A stretch of DNA of 64,000 nt from an uncultured Bacteroidales bacterium (lineage in GTDB: Bacteria; Bacteroidota; Bacteroidia; Bacteroidales; JAAYUG01), in contig CAZJQN010000001.1 of NCBI GenBank assembly GCA_964548125.1, forward strand, positions 34,303 through 98,302, written 5' to 3'. The number at the start of each line of letters is the position of its first letter. Position 1 is the stretch's first letter. Both the position numbers and the translations under genes were made by a program. Below the pieces are notes generated by a model. That model ran no database searches. It was not told where the DNA came from and saw only the letters and a program-made list of their open reading frames with translations. Positions 52,310-62,753 of this stretch are shown piece by piece.

Positions 52310-53338
52310 ATGGAAACGTTGATTATTCGTACCGGGAATCACCAGTCACAGGTATTGATGGGCGAATCATATACCCGGGTTGGAAAGTACCTTCCTGATG
52401 CTAAAGTTATTGCAGTTACAGATAAAAATGTATACGCAAACTACAGGGAGTTTGTCAGTCAATGGCCTGTTATTGTTATAAAACCGGGGGAACAAAACAA
52501 GACATTTAATACTCTGGAATATATTATCGATAAACTGATCCGTCTGAGTGCTGACAGGAGTACCTTTGTTCTCGGTATAGGAGGCGGAATCGTTTGCGAT
52601 ATTACCGGCTTTGCAGCTTCGGTCTATATGCGCGGATTACGGTTTGGTTTTGTCTCCACTTCGTTGCTTTCGCAGGTAGATGCCAGTGTGGGAGGTAAAA
52701 ACGGTATCAATTTCAGAGGGTTTAAGAATATGGTTGGTGTTTTCCGTCAGCCCGACTTTGTTCTGTGTGATCACACCATGCTGAAAACGCTTGATAACCA
52801 TGAATTTATAACGGGTTTTGCTGAAGTAATTAAAGCTGCGGCTATTCGGGATGAAAATTTTTTTTCCTGGTTGGAAGCAAATTATAAGGCCGCTCTGAAT
52901 CATGATCCGGAAGTTTTGCAGGAAATGATATATCGTGCGGTAAAAATTAAAGCAGAGGTGGTTGAACAAGATGAAAAGGAGAAAAACCTTCGGAGAATTC
53001 TTAACTTTGGCCATACATTTGGTCATGCATTGGAGAAAGTTGCCGGAATATCTCATGGAGAAGCCGTCTCTGTTGGTATGGTGATGGCAGCAAAATTGTC
53101 TGAGAAAAAAGGAACTGCTCCCTCCGGAACAGCCCTGCGCCTTCAGCAGTTACTCAGCGGTGTAGGATTACCGTTGCTTTCTCCGGTCCCCCCTGATAAA
53201 CTGGCTGATGCAATGGCTCGCGATAAGAAAAAAGAAAAGGAACAAATGTTTCTTGTACTTTTACACCGCATAGGCGAAGCTATATCAATGCCGATACCCT
53301 TTACCGAATTAAAACAACATCTCCATGATTTGCGTTAG
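52310..53338 (+). CDS. aroB: 3-dehydroquinate synthase
   Basis: 342 aa. GIGGGIVCDITGFAAS, SQVDASVGGKNGIN and NFGHTFGHALE are present. Confidence 0.92.
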   Translation: METLIIRTGNHQSQVLMGESYTRVGKYLPDAKVIAVTDKNVYANYREFVSQWPVIVIKPGEQNKTFNTLEYIIDKLIRLSADRSTFVLGIGGGIVCDITGFAASVYMRGLRFGFVSTSLLSQVDASVGGKNGINFRGFKNMVGVFRQPDFVLCDHTMLKTLDNHEFITGFAEVIKAAAIRDENFFSWLEANYKAALNHDPEVLQEMIYRAVKIKAEVVEQDEKEKNLRRILNFGHTFGHALEKVAGISHGEAVSVGMVMAAKLSEKKGTAPSGTALRLQQLLSGVGLPLLSPVPPDKLADAMARDKKKEKEQMFLVLLHRIGEAISMPIPFTELKQHLHDLR

Positions 53339-53984
53339 TATTGCAGAATCATCGTTCGAAAACTGCCTTTCGGCAGTCCGCAGGGAACCTTTTAGCGAAA
53401 TCCGTCTTGATCAGGCTTTTTTCTCACCTGAACAGATTACTGAACTGTTTTCATCAGGAAACCGGATTATTGCCACATGTCGTCCCGGAAATCATAGTGA
53501 CGCAATGCGCAAAGAGATGCTTATGCATGCTATCGTATCAGGGGCTGCCTATGTTGACATCGAACTGGAGGCTCCGCCTGATTACCGGAACGAGATTATT
53601 AAAATGGCAAGAAAACACAACTGTCAGGTAATTATTTCATTTCACGACTATCTCGATACACCGGTCATGAGCCGGCTGGAAAAGAATCTTGAACTTTGTT
53701 ATTGCGCCGGAGCAGATATCGCCAAGATTGCCTGTATGGTTAATGACCGTGAAGCTTTGCTTCGTTTGTTTCAGCTCTATTATTATAAGGGAAGGAAGGT
53801 TATTGTGGGCATGGGGTTGTTTGGTCCATTATCAAGGATCGCGGCTCTATCTCTAGGTTCTGAATTTACCTTTGCATCGTTGGTAGGCGGTAAGCAAACT
53901 GCTCCCGGACAGCTGACAAGGCAGACAATGGAACAGATACTCTCCATTTTGGGAATACATACTGAGTTAAAGCAACCACAATGA
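53325..53984 (+). CDS. aroD: Type I 3-dehydroquinate dehydratase
   Basis: 219 aa. SEIRLDQ, the YVDIELE motif and ISFHDY are present. It overlaps aroB by 14 nt. Confidence 0.85.
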   Translation: MICVSIAESSFENCLSAVRREPFSEIRLDQAFFSPEQITELFSSGNRIIATCRPGNHSDAMRKEMLMHAIVSGAAYVDIELEAPPDYRNEIIKMARKHNCQVIISFHDYLDTPVMSRLEKNLELCYCAGADIAKIACMVNDREALLRLFQLYYYKGRKVIVGMGLFGPLSRIAALSLGSEFTFASLVGGKQTAPGQLTRQTMEQILSILGIHTELKQPQ

Positions 53985-53991
53985 TTTCTTT

Positions 53992-54996
53992 ATGAACAGT
54001 TTCGGAAGGCTTTTCAGAGTAAATATTTTCGGAGAATCACATGGCCCGTCTGTCGGTGTCGTCTTGGATGGTTGTCCTGCCGGAATTCCTCTGGGCACTG
54101 ATGATTTTATACCCGATCTTTCGCGACGGAAGTCCGGTTCATTGGGCACTACTCCCCGCCGGGAAGAAGATATTCCTGAACTGGTAAGCGGAATTTTCAA
54201 CGGCTTTACTACCGGTGCACCATTAACTGTAATTTTCAGAAATACCAATACCCGTTCACAGGATTATGTGAAACTCAGGGAAACTCCCCGTCCGGGCCAT
54301 GCTGATTATACGGCATCTGTCAAATTCGGAGGTTTTGAAGATTACAGGGGAGGCGGACATTTTTCCGGACGTCTCACCCTTGGGCTTGTGGCGGCAGGCG
54401 TGGTGGCAAAAAAAATCATTCATCCGGTTGCAATTAGTGCTTCTCTCATCGAAGCCGGAGGCAAAACCGACATCCAGAAAGCGATTGAAGAAGCTGTTGC
54501 CAGGAAAGACTCCATCGGAGGTATTGTGGAATGTAAGGTACAGAATCTTCCAGCCGGTTTAGGAGAACCTTTTTTTGATTCGGTGGAAAGCCTGATCAGC
54601 CATGCAGTTTTTGCCGTTCCGGCTATTAAGGGAATCGAATTTGGCTGTGGTTTCAGGGCGGCCCGTATGTGGGGTAGTGAACATAATGATGCTTTTATTG
54701 GTCAGGACGGTACTACCCGCACTAACAACGCAGGAGGAGTCAACGGGGGTATTACCAATGGTAATGAACTGATATTCAGGGTGGCCGTTAAACCAACATC
54801 CAGTACCGCTCAGGTTCAGCATACCCTGAATTTTAAGACAGGGGAAATGACTGATCTGAAAATTGAAGGAAGGCACGATACCTGTATCGCCCTCAGAGTG
54901 CCTGTTGTGATTGAAGCTGTTACTGCTGTTGTTCTGGCTGATTTGATGTTTCTCGAACAGAAGATCGATCGGATAATTGATACAAAAATAAATTGA
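53992..54996 (+). CDS. aroC: Chorismate synthase
   Basis: 334 aa. MNSFGRLFRVNIFGESHGPSVGVVLDGCPAG, RPGHADY and GRHDTC are present. Confidence 0.92.
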   Translation: MNSFGRLFRVNIFGESHGPSVGVVLDGCPAGIPLGTDDFIPDLSRRKSGSLGTTPRREEDIPELVSGIFNGFTTGAPLTVIFRNTNTRSQDYVKLRETPRPGHADYTASVKFGGFEDYRGGGHFSGRLTLGLVAAGVVAKKIIHPVAISASLIEAGGKTDIQKAIEEAVARKDSIGGIVECKVQNLPAGLGEPFFDSVESLISHAVFAVPAIKGIEFGCGFRAARMWGSEHNDAFIGQDGTTRTNNAGGVNGGITNGNELIFRVAVKPTSSTAQVQHTLNFKTGEMTDLKIEGRHDTCIALRVPVVIEAVTAVVLADLMFLEQKIDRIIDTKIN

Positions 54997-55009
54997 GAAT
55001 TTACGTTCT

Positions 55010-55789
55010 ATGAGAATTCTGATTACTGGTGCAGGAAGAATGGGATCGTGGTTGGTAGAGTCACTTTGTCTGGACCATGATGTGGCTGTTTATGATAAGG
55101 ACAAGACGAAACTGAAGTATCTTTTTCATGCGCACAGGTTTATTTCTGCCGATGAGATACAAGCCTTCAGGCCTGAACTATTGATCAATGCTGTGAGCCT
55201 TCAGCATACCGTTCCGGCCTTCCGGGAAGTCCTTCCATTATTACCTGATGATTGTATAATTTCCGATATCACTTCGGTAAAGAACGGACTGAAGAAATTC
55301 TATCAGAGTACAGGAAGGAGGTATGTTTCAACCCATCCTATGTTTGGTCCTACCTTTGCCAATGTTAAGGAATTAAAGCATGAAAATGCTATTATCATTT
55401 CGGAAGGAGACAGCGAGGGACAGGAGTTTTTCAAAAAGTTTTACAGTTCTTTCGGCCTGAAGATTCATTACTATTCATTCGAAGAACATGATCAGACCAT
55501 TGCATATTCCCTGTCAGTTCCATTTGCATCCACACTTGTATTTGCCGCCTGTATGAAACAACAGGATGCTCCGGGTACTACCTTTATGAAGCATATGGCC
55601 ATTGCCAAAGGGCTTCTTTCGGAAGATAATTATCTTTTATCAGAGATCCTTTTGAACCCTTATACGCTGGAGCAGGTAGAAAAAATCCATGGTCAGCTGG
55701 ATCAGCTCATTCAGATGATCCGCAGTAAAGATACGCCCGGATTGCATGCTTTTTTTGATGCACTGCGGTCCAATCTCGGTGTCAGATAA
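55010..55789 (+). CDS. tyrA: Prephenate dehydrogenase
   Basis: 259 aa. The Rossmann motif is MRILITGAGRMGSW. The STHPMFGP motif is characteristic of the TyrA family. Confidence 0.85.
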   Translation: MRILITGAGRMGSWLVESLCLDHDVAVYDKDKTKLKYLFHAHRFISADEIQAFRPELLINAVSLQHTVPAFREVLPLLPDDCIISDITSVKNGLKKFYQSTGRRYVSTHPMFGPTFANVKELKHENAIIISEGDSEGQEFFKKFYSSFGLKIHYYSFEEHDQTIAYSLSVPFASTLVFAACMKQQDAPGTTFMKHMAIAKGLLSEDNYLLSEILLNPYTLEQVEKIHGQLDQLIQMIRSKDTPGLHAFFDALRSNLGVR

Positions 55790-55796
55790 ATACCAT

Positions 55797-57395
55797 TTAC
55801 CAACCGGGATTTTGTTTCAGCATACCTTCCATTACATTGATTTCCGAAATCGGTATAGGCAGAAATTCTGAGCGTCCCGGTACAAAATTGGTAATATAAT
55901 CTTCAGGTTTTGCCCAGATTACGTTTTTCTCGTCAGGTTTTCCCCACCGGACAAGATCGAAAAAGCGCAGGCACTCGAAGGCGAGTTCCACGTCACGTTC
56001 ATGAATTATGGCTTCTTTGGTGAGCGAGGCCAGGGCTGGCATTCCTGCCCTTGCCCGAACCCGGTTCAGTGCAGCGAGGCCTTCTGCAGAAGCAGGATTA
56101 ATATGATATTCTGCTTCGGCGTACATCAGCAGAACATCAGAAAATCGGAGTGATCGCCAGTTATTGGGATCCTGAAAGGGAGCTGCCGGATTGGCTAGGT
56201 GAACAGGGTAGCAGTATTTTTTTAATCCGTAGCCCTGTGATATGGCTGTCAGATTATGAATCCCGATTTTGAACGGAACCAGATAATAATCAGATTTGTC
56301 AGGGTACCATTGATCGATTATATCACCGGGAGAAAAAATGCTTGCATAAAATCGGGGGTCTTTTTTCAGGCCGGCAGGGTGATTGGTTACCGATTCATAT
56401 TGCTCAGCCATTTTTTTGGTTGGCACCACATTGCGCCATCCATTAATTCCAAAATAGGCTGAGAACAAAGATCCGTCATTTTGCCAGCCTGGATTCCAGT
56501 AATGTCCCCAGGTGGTAAAACCATCGTTAAACTGGACAGAGAAGACAGATTCAATATTATTTTCAGCTTTGTAGGTTTTATGGGATGATTTGAGGTCAAA
56601 CGGGGAGAAGTTGCAAAGATAGGCATAAACATAGTCAACCGAATCAGCATTGGTTTCTGGTGGCATCATCAGGTCATGGGGTCCCTGATCAATAAGGATT
56701 TTAAGATAATGGGATGCAGAATCCCAAACCTGCTGGTATAGGTAGGTTTTTCCTAGCATAGCGAGGGCAGCGCCTCGTGTGGCCCGGCCGATATCTTCCG
56801 GTTTCGTCCAAAGCCATGGTAATTCATCAATAGCCTGCCGAAATTCATTTTCTACAAAATCGTAAATCTGATGTTGGGGTGTATTGCCGTATTTAATATT
56901 CGGATCTTCAGTTGCATAAGTTACCAGAGGCGGTGCATTAAAAGTGCTGGCCAGATAGAAATAATAGAATCCTCTCAAGAAATGCAGCTGTCCGTAATAA
57001 AGCTTTTTGGTTTCTTCAGCCATTGGTATATCGGGAAGGTGCTGAAGCAGAATATTGCACCGGTAAACACCCTTGAATAAATCGTAATAGAGGGAACCTA
57101 CACGTCCGTCATCGGCTTTGAATATGTAAAGTTCATATTGTGCGTTTTCGTGTATCAGCCTGTCATCTAACGAGTAAAATAGAAACTGAAAGGTGTTACC
57201 ATTAAACCCTCTCCAGCCAAGCGGAGAGTATGCAGCAATCAGGGCATCGGATGCATCGCGTTCCGTTCGGTAAAAATTGCCTGTTGTTACCGCATTTTTG
57301 TTTTCCAGATACAGATAGTCTTTGCCGCAACCGGCCAGAAGAAGCAATACGAAAATCAGCCGGGCTTTTATAAAGGAATATTGAAGTGTTTTCAT
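55797..57395 (-). CDS. SusD/RagB family nutrient-binding outer-membrane lipoprotein
   Basis: 532 aa. The lipoprotein signal is LLLLAGCGKD. SusD-like TPR-containing sequence includes the ERDVELAFE..RFFDL.RW C-terminal motif. It lies directly downstream of the SusC-like gene. Confidence 0.9.
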   Translation of the reverse strand: MKTLQYSFIKARLIFVLLLLAGCGKDYLYLENKNAVTTGNFYRTERDASDALIAAYSPLGWRGFNGNTFQFLFYSLDDRLIHENAQYELYIFKADDGRVGSLYYDLFKGVYRCNILLQHLPDIPMAEETKKLYYGQLHFLRGFYYFYLASTFNAPPLVTYATEDPNIKYGNTPQHQIYDFVENEFRQAIDELPWLWTKPEDIGRATRGAALAMLGKTYLYQQVWDSASHYLKILIDQGPHDLMMPPETNADSVDYVYAYLCNFSPFDLKSSHKTYKAENNIESVFSVQFNDGFTTWGHYWNPGWQNDGSLFSAYFGINGWRNVVPTKKMAEQYESVTNHPAGLKKDPRFYASIFSPGDIIDQWYPDKSDYYLVPFKIGIHNLTAISQGYGLKKYCYPVHLANPAAPFQDPNNWRSLRFSDVLLMYAEAEYHINPASAEGLAALNRVRARAGMPALASLTKEAIIHERDVELAFECLRFFDLVRWGKPDEKNVIWAKPEDYITNFVPGRSEFLPIPISEINVMEGMLKQNPGW

Positions 57396-57415
57396 AGTTT
57401 GTTTTGTTAACCTGG

Positions 57416-60400
57416 TTAAAAATCAATCTGCACGCCGCCCATAAATGTTCGGGGCAGCGGGTAGTTTCCATAGTCAATTCCGAAGTTCAGATTTTGTTTA
57501 CTTCCGATTTCAGGATCATATCCTGTGTACCTGGTGAAAGTATAAAGGTTGGATGCATTGACGTAAAGCCTGAGCGATCGGATACGCAGAAATGTAAGGA
57601 GCTTAGCAGGAAGTGTATAACCGACCTGCAGGTTTTTGATGCGGAGAAAGGATCCATTTTCGATAAAGAAACTTGAAATTCTGTTATTGTCGTTGGGATC
57701 AATAATACTTGCCCTGACCTGTTTGTTGGTGTGATGGGATGGTGACCAGAAATCCAGTGCTTCACGAAGCTTGTTATTGTCTTTTCCTTCCGGGTCTGTG
57801 GCCAGGCCGGCATTTGCTCTAAAATCATTGTATATATCAACATTTTGTACTCCATACAAAAAGACGGCCAGATCAAACTGTCCATAGCCAGCATCGAGGT
57901 TAAAACCGTAGGTAAAGTCGGGAACAGGTTTTCCTATGATTACCCTGTCCAGATCAGTTACTTTCCCGTCCCGGTTGATGTCACGGAATCGTATATCGCC
58001 CGGACTGGTCTTCTCATTCTGAAAAGCATGGTTATTAACATCTTCCCAGCTCTGAAAGATTCCGTCAGCAATATATCCGTAAAAACTGCTGATGGTGTGT
58101 CCTTTCATGGTAATACTGTGGCTTTCAATAATATTTCTTCCAGCCGGCAGATTAGTAACAGTATTTTTAATGGTTGTCAAGTTGCCGTTTAAAGAATATT
58201 TCCATTTCCCGGCTGATTTTCTGTAGGTCAAATTCAATTCAATTCCTTTGTTAATCATATTGGCCACATTCCCCCAGGGTTCAAATCCTTCGAGGCGTCC
58301 ATGGACACTTGAAATGGGGATTGTTGCCAGCATTTTTTGCTGATCCTTATAATAGTATTCGAAAGTGAATTCCAGCTGGTTGCGAAACAGAATCAAGTCC
58401 AGTCCAAGATTCGTCATAGAGGCTTCTTCCCATTGAATAGCAGCGTTTCCGAAATTGTAAAGCGGCCCGCGGCCAAAAACTGTTCGCCCTGGATCTCCCA
58501 TGGCAGTTACAAATTCAACTTTTGGTTCAATATAGCTTTCATACTGAAATGAACCTATGTTTTCATTTCCGGTAACTCCATATCCTATGCGGAGTTTACC
58601 TGATGTAATCCAGCTGTATTTTTGCAACAGGTCTTCACTGAATTTCCAGGCAGCGGAAAAGGAAGGGAAGGTGCCCCATTTGTGCTTGGGACCAAATTTG
58701 GAAGATCCGTCTTTTCTTATACTTGCGGTAAGAAAATATCTTCCGTTATAATCATAGATAATTCTTCCCAGGTAGGATTCCATTCGTTCCTGTCCGGCAT
58801 ATCCGCTGGCCGTGTAGGTAGTAGGGTCGGCCATAGCCAGAACATTGAGGTTCTCAAAATCAAAATTGGCGCCTTTACCGCTCAGGCTTTCCCCTTTCCC
58901 GTCTTCATTGGTGTGGACGAATGTCAGGGCAAGGTTATGTTTGCCAAACGTGTTTTCATAAATCAGCTGTTTATCCCAGAAGTATTTTCCTCCCTGGTCT
59001 CGGGACATGAAAAGGGTACTTACATAGCGTGAACGGCCTCCTATGGTTCCGAGTTCATACACAGGATTCCACTGTCTTACCTGATAAAAATTCATGTCGT
59101 ATCCGAAATTAGTTCTGAACCTGAACCCTTTAAAAATTTCTACCTCTCCATACAGACTTACTAAAAAACGGGTGCTCCTGTTTGTATTGTCATTCAGCAT
59201 TTGTTCAGCAACCGGATTGGTTCGTTCATTAACCGGAGTCACTTCAGGTGTTGGTCCCGCATATCCACCTTTATTGTTTTTATCATACACCGGCATAAGG
59301 GGTGAGGTTTTAGCAGCAATAATCCAGGGATTCCCATTGGTGTAATGGCTCTGGTCGTCAACGCCGATATTACTGAAATTGAAAGATTCTCCTATCTTAA
59401 TTCGCTTACCTATTGAAAAATCCGAATTTGCTTTCAGCGTATAACGGGTCATGGAGGTTCCAATCAATATGCCGTTTTCATTATAAAAATTTCCTGAAAT
59501 CATGTAGGTACTTTTCTCCCCACCACCCAGAATCCTCAGATCATAGTTTTGTCCTACTGCCGGTTGCGAAATTTCTTTCTGCCAGTCAGTATCAATATTT
59601 CCGTTAAGCGCTCTCACCGAATCGGAATATGCAACAGGAAATGGCATAGGAACGGTGGTGAAAGGGTCAGAATTGTAATACCGATAGGCTGAATCCATGA
59701 GAGCTACATACTCATCGGCATTCAGAATATCATACAACCGAGGAATTTTTGAATACGAAACATACGAAGAAAATGAGACCTGAGGTTCGCCTTTTTTGCC
59801 TCGCCTGGTGGTAATCATCACAACCCCGTTGGCTCCTCTTGCCCCATAAATAGCTGTTGCTGAAGCATCTTTCAGAATATTAACCGATTCGATATCGTTC
59901 GGGTTTAAATGATTAAGTCCCCCGGTAATAGGGAACCCATCGATCACGTACAGAGGCTCTGATTCCCTGTTTATTGAACCAATGCCTCTTATTTTTACCG
60001 ATACCTCCGAACCAGGCCGACCCGAAGTGTTTGTAACCCAAACACCTGCAGCTTTTCCCTGTATTGCCCTGTCAAAGCTCATGGAATTGGTCTTGGCAAT
60101 TTGCTCAGAACTCACTACTGATACGGCACCGGTCAAATCCTTTTTCTTTACGGTGCCATACCCGATGACCACAATTTCGTCAAGGATTTCGGCTTTAACC
60201 GATAGGGCAACATCAATTCTGTTTCTTCCTTCCACAGGAATTACCTGTGTTTCAAGTCCAACAAATGAGAACTGTAAGGTGTCTCGATCATTCCGGCAGG
60301 TGATTCTGTAACTTCCATCCGGGGCTGAAATTACACCGATGGAGGTACCTTTAATCGTTACATTAGCTCCCGGCAAAGGTTCAGATGTTGAAGCATCTGT

Positions 60401-60520
60401 TATCCGACCCTGCACTACAAATTCCTGGGCTGGCAAACTGGCCGTACTCAGCAGGATCAGAAAAGACAACAGATATAACAGGTTTGACCTGCTATTGCGT
60501 TTTTTTAATAAAAATACCAT
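57416..60520 (-). CDS. SusC/RagA family TonB-linked outer-membrane protein
   Basis: 1034 aa. The features are a signal peptide, a CarboxypepD_reg domain (VQGRITDASTSEPLPGANVTIKGT), a TonB-box/plug (DEIVVIGYGT, NILKDASATAIYGARGANGVVMITTRRGK) and a C-terminal beta-barrel ending in F. Confidence 0.93.
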   Translation of the reverse strand: MVFLLKKRNSRSNLLYLLSFLILLSTASLPAQEFVVQGRITDASTSEPLPGANVTIKGTSIGVISAPDGSYRITCRNDRDTLQFSFVGLETQVIPVEGRNRIDVALSVKAEILDEIVVIGYGTVKKKDLTGAVSVVSSEQIAKTNSMSFDRAIQGKAAGVWVTNTSGRPGSEVSVKIRGIGSINRESEPLYVIDGFPITGGLNHLNPNDIESVNILKDASATAIYGARGANGVVMITTRRGKKGEPQVSFSSYVSYSKIPRLYDILNADEYVALMDSAYRYYNSDPFTTVPMPFPVAYSDSVRALNGNIDTDWQKEISQPAVGQNYDLRILGGGEKSTYMISGNFYNENGILIGTSMTRYTLKANSDFSIGKRIKIGESFNFSNIGVDDQSHYTNGNPWIIAAKTSPLMPVYDKNNKGGYAGPTPEVTPVNERTNPVAEQMLNDNTNRSTRFLVSLYGEVEIFKGFRFRTNFGYDMNFYQVRQWNPVYELGTIGGRSRYVSTLFMSRDQGGKYFWDKQLIYENTFGKHNLALTFVHTNEDGKGESLSGKGANFDFENLNVLAMADPTTYTASGYAGQERMESYLGRIIYDYNGRYFLTASIRKDGSSKFGPKHKWGTFPSFSAAWKFSEDLLQKYSWITSGKLRIGYGVTGNENIGSFQYESYIEPKVEFVTAMGDPGRTVFGRGPLYNFGNAAIQWEEASMTNLGLDLILFRNQLEFTFEYYYKDQQKMLATIPISSVHGRLEGFEPWGNVANMINKGIELNLTYRKSAGKWKYSLNGNLTTIKNTVTNLPAGRNIIESHSITMKGHTISSFYGYIADGIFQSWEDVNNHAFQNEKTSPGDIRFRDINRDGKVTDLDRVIIGKPVPDFTYGFNLDAGYGQFDLAVFLYGVQNVDIYNDFRANAGLATDPEGKDNNKLREALDFWSPSHHTNKQVRASIIDPNDNNRISSFFIENGSFLRIKNLQVGYTLPAKLLTFLRIRSLRLYVNASNLYTFTRYTGYDPEIGSKQNLNFGIDYGNYPLPRTFMGGVQIDF

Positions 60521-60711
60521 ACAAGTGTCAGGTTTAGTTGGTAAAATTGTTTCTTAATAAAAAGAGAAATATACTGCAATTATGTATTAATTTTCTTTGT
60601 CAAAGTAGAAAAAAATACATGCCCGACAGGAAAATAAGGCATTTTCCTGCAAATATTTTGGATCATACTGCGTAATAAACAAATGTCCCGATAGCAAGGG
60701 GCAATTAATTA

Positions 60712-60894
60712 TTACATGTTCAGATGTTTCATGGCTTCATAAATGAGAAATGCAGGCCATACAATGGCTTTCAGAAAGCCAAGTACTCCCATCCAGAATC
60801 CGGTTGCATGGGAGATAAAATAAATAGCTGCGCCTATCAGGCCAAGTCCGTATACGGCTCCTGATGACGGGTTCGGATTGAAATTCTTGCTCAT
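60712..60894 (-). CDS. Small hypothetical membrane protein (2 TM)
   Basis: 60 aa. There are two hydrophobic helices, GAVYGLGLIGAAIYFI and FWMGVLGFLKAIVWPAFLI. Confidence 0.5.
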   Translation of the reverse strand: MSKNFNPNPSSGAVYGLGLIGAAIYFISHATGFWMGVLGFLKAIVWPAFLIYEAMKHLNM

Positions 60895-60969
60895 AATAGT
60901 GGTTTGTTTAATGAATGAATAAGGCCCGGTGCAGAATCCATATAATAAGAAGATTAAATAAAACCGGCT

Positions 60970-61479
60970 CTATAAAGCTTTTTTATTTTCCTTTTGATCA
61001 ATCAGTTCCTGAATCTCGCCGAAATGCAACTCAATATGATCCAGATATCCTTCTATCATCTGCCTGAGACTTACGGTTGTGTTTTCGAAATTTTGCCAGG
61101 AATTATCAAGCTTTAATTGATCAACCGACTTTATCACGTGAATCATATGAAGATTATAAAACTTCCAGAGTTGTATAATTGTATTCCAGTCTTCATTCTG
61201 GTAATCCTGAAGCGCAATCCATAAATCATTGTCCTGCTGATAATCCGGAAATACAAGTTTCTTATTGTACTGTAAACGCACTATGCGCTGATGATTATTT
61301 GCTGCCGAATCAATCAAATGTCCAAGAATCTGCTTGATCGTCCTATTTTGTTTGTTTCTTCTTCCTGTGATAGTATCCGCAGGTAATTCAGATAGTTTAT
61401 GTTCCCATGTGCTAATGTATGTCTGAATTCCGTTTGTAACATACGAAAAATCGCTCCTCATTTTCAGGTGATTTAACAT
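60970..61479 (-). CDS. DinB family protein
   Basis: 169 aa. It shows a DinB-like four-helix pattern with His-containing motifs (ILGHLIDSAANNHQRI, HIELHFGEI). Confidence 0.7.
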   Translation of the reverse strand: MLNHLKMRSDFSYVTNGIQTYISTWEHKLSELPADTITGRRNKQNRTIKQILGHLIDSAANNHQRIVRLQYNKKLVFPDYQQDNDLWIALQDYQNEDWNTIIQLWKFYNLHMIHVIKSVDQLKLDNSWQNFENTTVSLRQMIEGYLDHIELHFGEIQELIDQKENKKAL

Positions 61480-61869
61480 TCTTTGTATTCGTAACTAGTC
61501 AAATTCTTTGATTATACGGGCATTCTAAATAAGGGGTTTAGAATGTTTCCCATGCCATTCTTTTAATCAAAGATAACTTTAATTCGGATTATAACAAGGC
61601 TGTATAGAACAATGATGTTGATAATCCATTTTCAGAGGAATCAATGCCCTTGCCAAAATCTTCACTCACTGCTAAAGAGGGCAGAACAAAATGATATGGG
61701 GAATAAGCATGCAAATACTATGTCGCTTTTTTCTGCTCAGGTCATGCCGGCTTTTTGTAATATGCTATTACTTTCCGGATTGATTTTTTATGTTTCCCTA
61801 ATCTTACTTTGCTGTATTTTTTCGTTCTTCCTGTTTAAAAAATCCTGGATTTAGGGCAGTGGCAGGCGG

Positions 61870-62262
61870 TTAGTTATCAATTTGCTTTTTAATCGCTTCA
61901 ATAAAATCTTTAACCTGTTCAATTAATGGCTCAACAACTTCTTTGTCGAAGTAAAATAAATCGCCATAGTCCCCCTTTTGTCTTAAATCAAATAGTTTAG
62001 TGAAAAGTTTACCATACTTTTTATCAATTATACCAGTTTTTATAAAGAGAAGTCCAAATTGAATTCTTGCTCCATCATGACTTTGAGTGTCTATGTTATG
62101 CTTTAACAATAAAGATATTATAGCGTAAAAACAGGAATAATACAGTCTGTTTAAAACAGCATTCCATTTCTCCTTTTCGGCTAGAATTAAGGCTTCCTCA
62201 AAGGTTTCCTCTGAACGATGAAATCGATATTTAATATAATCATCTTTATTGCCAATAGTCAT
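61870..62262 (-). CDS. HEPN domain protein (toxin component of an MNT/HEPN pair)
   Basis: 130 aa. The HEPN-like pattern is AVLNRLYYSCFYA...LRQKGDYGD. It shares an ATGA 4-nt overlap with the upstream nucleotidyltransferase gene. Confidence 0.8.
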   Translation of the reverse strand: MTIGNKDDYIKYRFHRSEETFEEALILAEKEKWNAVLNRLYYSCFYAIISLLLKHNIDTQSHDGARIQFGLLFIKTGIIDKKYGKLFTKLFDLRQKGDYGDLFYFDKEVVEPLIEQVKDFIEAIKKQIDN

Positions 62263-62573
62263 AATTTTATTCCCTCTTCATTTACTATCTTATACATGGG
62301 TGAATAAACAAGAACTTTTTCCCAGTATTCTTTAGGGTAAATGAATACTGAAATTACTTGTCCTGAATCTAATTCAATATCAAATAGCTCTTCCCTGAAT
62401 TTGTCCTCAATTTCATTTGTAACTTGTTTTGAATCAATGAGTATAAGTATGTCCCAGTCTGAATCCGGACGATAGTCTCCTCTGGCATGGGAACCAAAAA
62501 GATAAGCAATAGCCTTCGGGTCCTTACCATGGATAGTCTTTTTAATTCTATCTCGTATCTGGTTTTGGTCCAT
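62259..62573 (-). CDS. Minimal nucleotidyltransferase (MNT) domain protein (antitoxin component)
   Basis: 104 aa. The polymerase-beta-type NTase motif is LFGSHARGDYRPDSDWDILIL. Confidence 0.85.
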   Translation of the reverse strand: MDQNQIRDRIKKTIHGKDPKAIAYLFGSHARGDYRPDSDWDILILIDSKQVTNEIEDKFREELFDIELDSGQVISVFIYPKEYWEKVLVYSPMYKIVNEEGIKL

Positions 62574-62753
62574 TATCTTTATTATTTGATATTCAAAGAT
62601 AAGAATTTTTTATTCAAGTCTGGGTGTATTCTTCATGTGTCACTTATCATTAAAGGTCCTCGTAAATGGCTTTACGGCAGGGTTTTTATTACGATTATTT
62701 TAAATTTAACCCTGAATAAGTTAAAAATTTAAGTTTCAAAAACACATTAAAGC

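Noticed and set aside
60521-60711. Riboswitch (for example cobalamin) upstream of the TonB-linked SusC-like gene
   Set aside because: The 190-nt region is too short and AT-rich, and it lacks a B12-box-like GC-rich core. Only a 9-bp hairpin (60627-60649) is present.
61612-61854. 80-aa plus-strand ORF in the gap between the DinB and HEPN genes
   Set aside because: It runs in the opposite orientation to all its neighbours. It is Cys/Leu/Phe-rich and low-complexity, and has no motif. It is probably non-coding AT-rich DNA or a decayed remnant.
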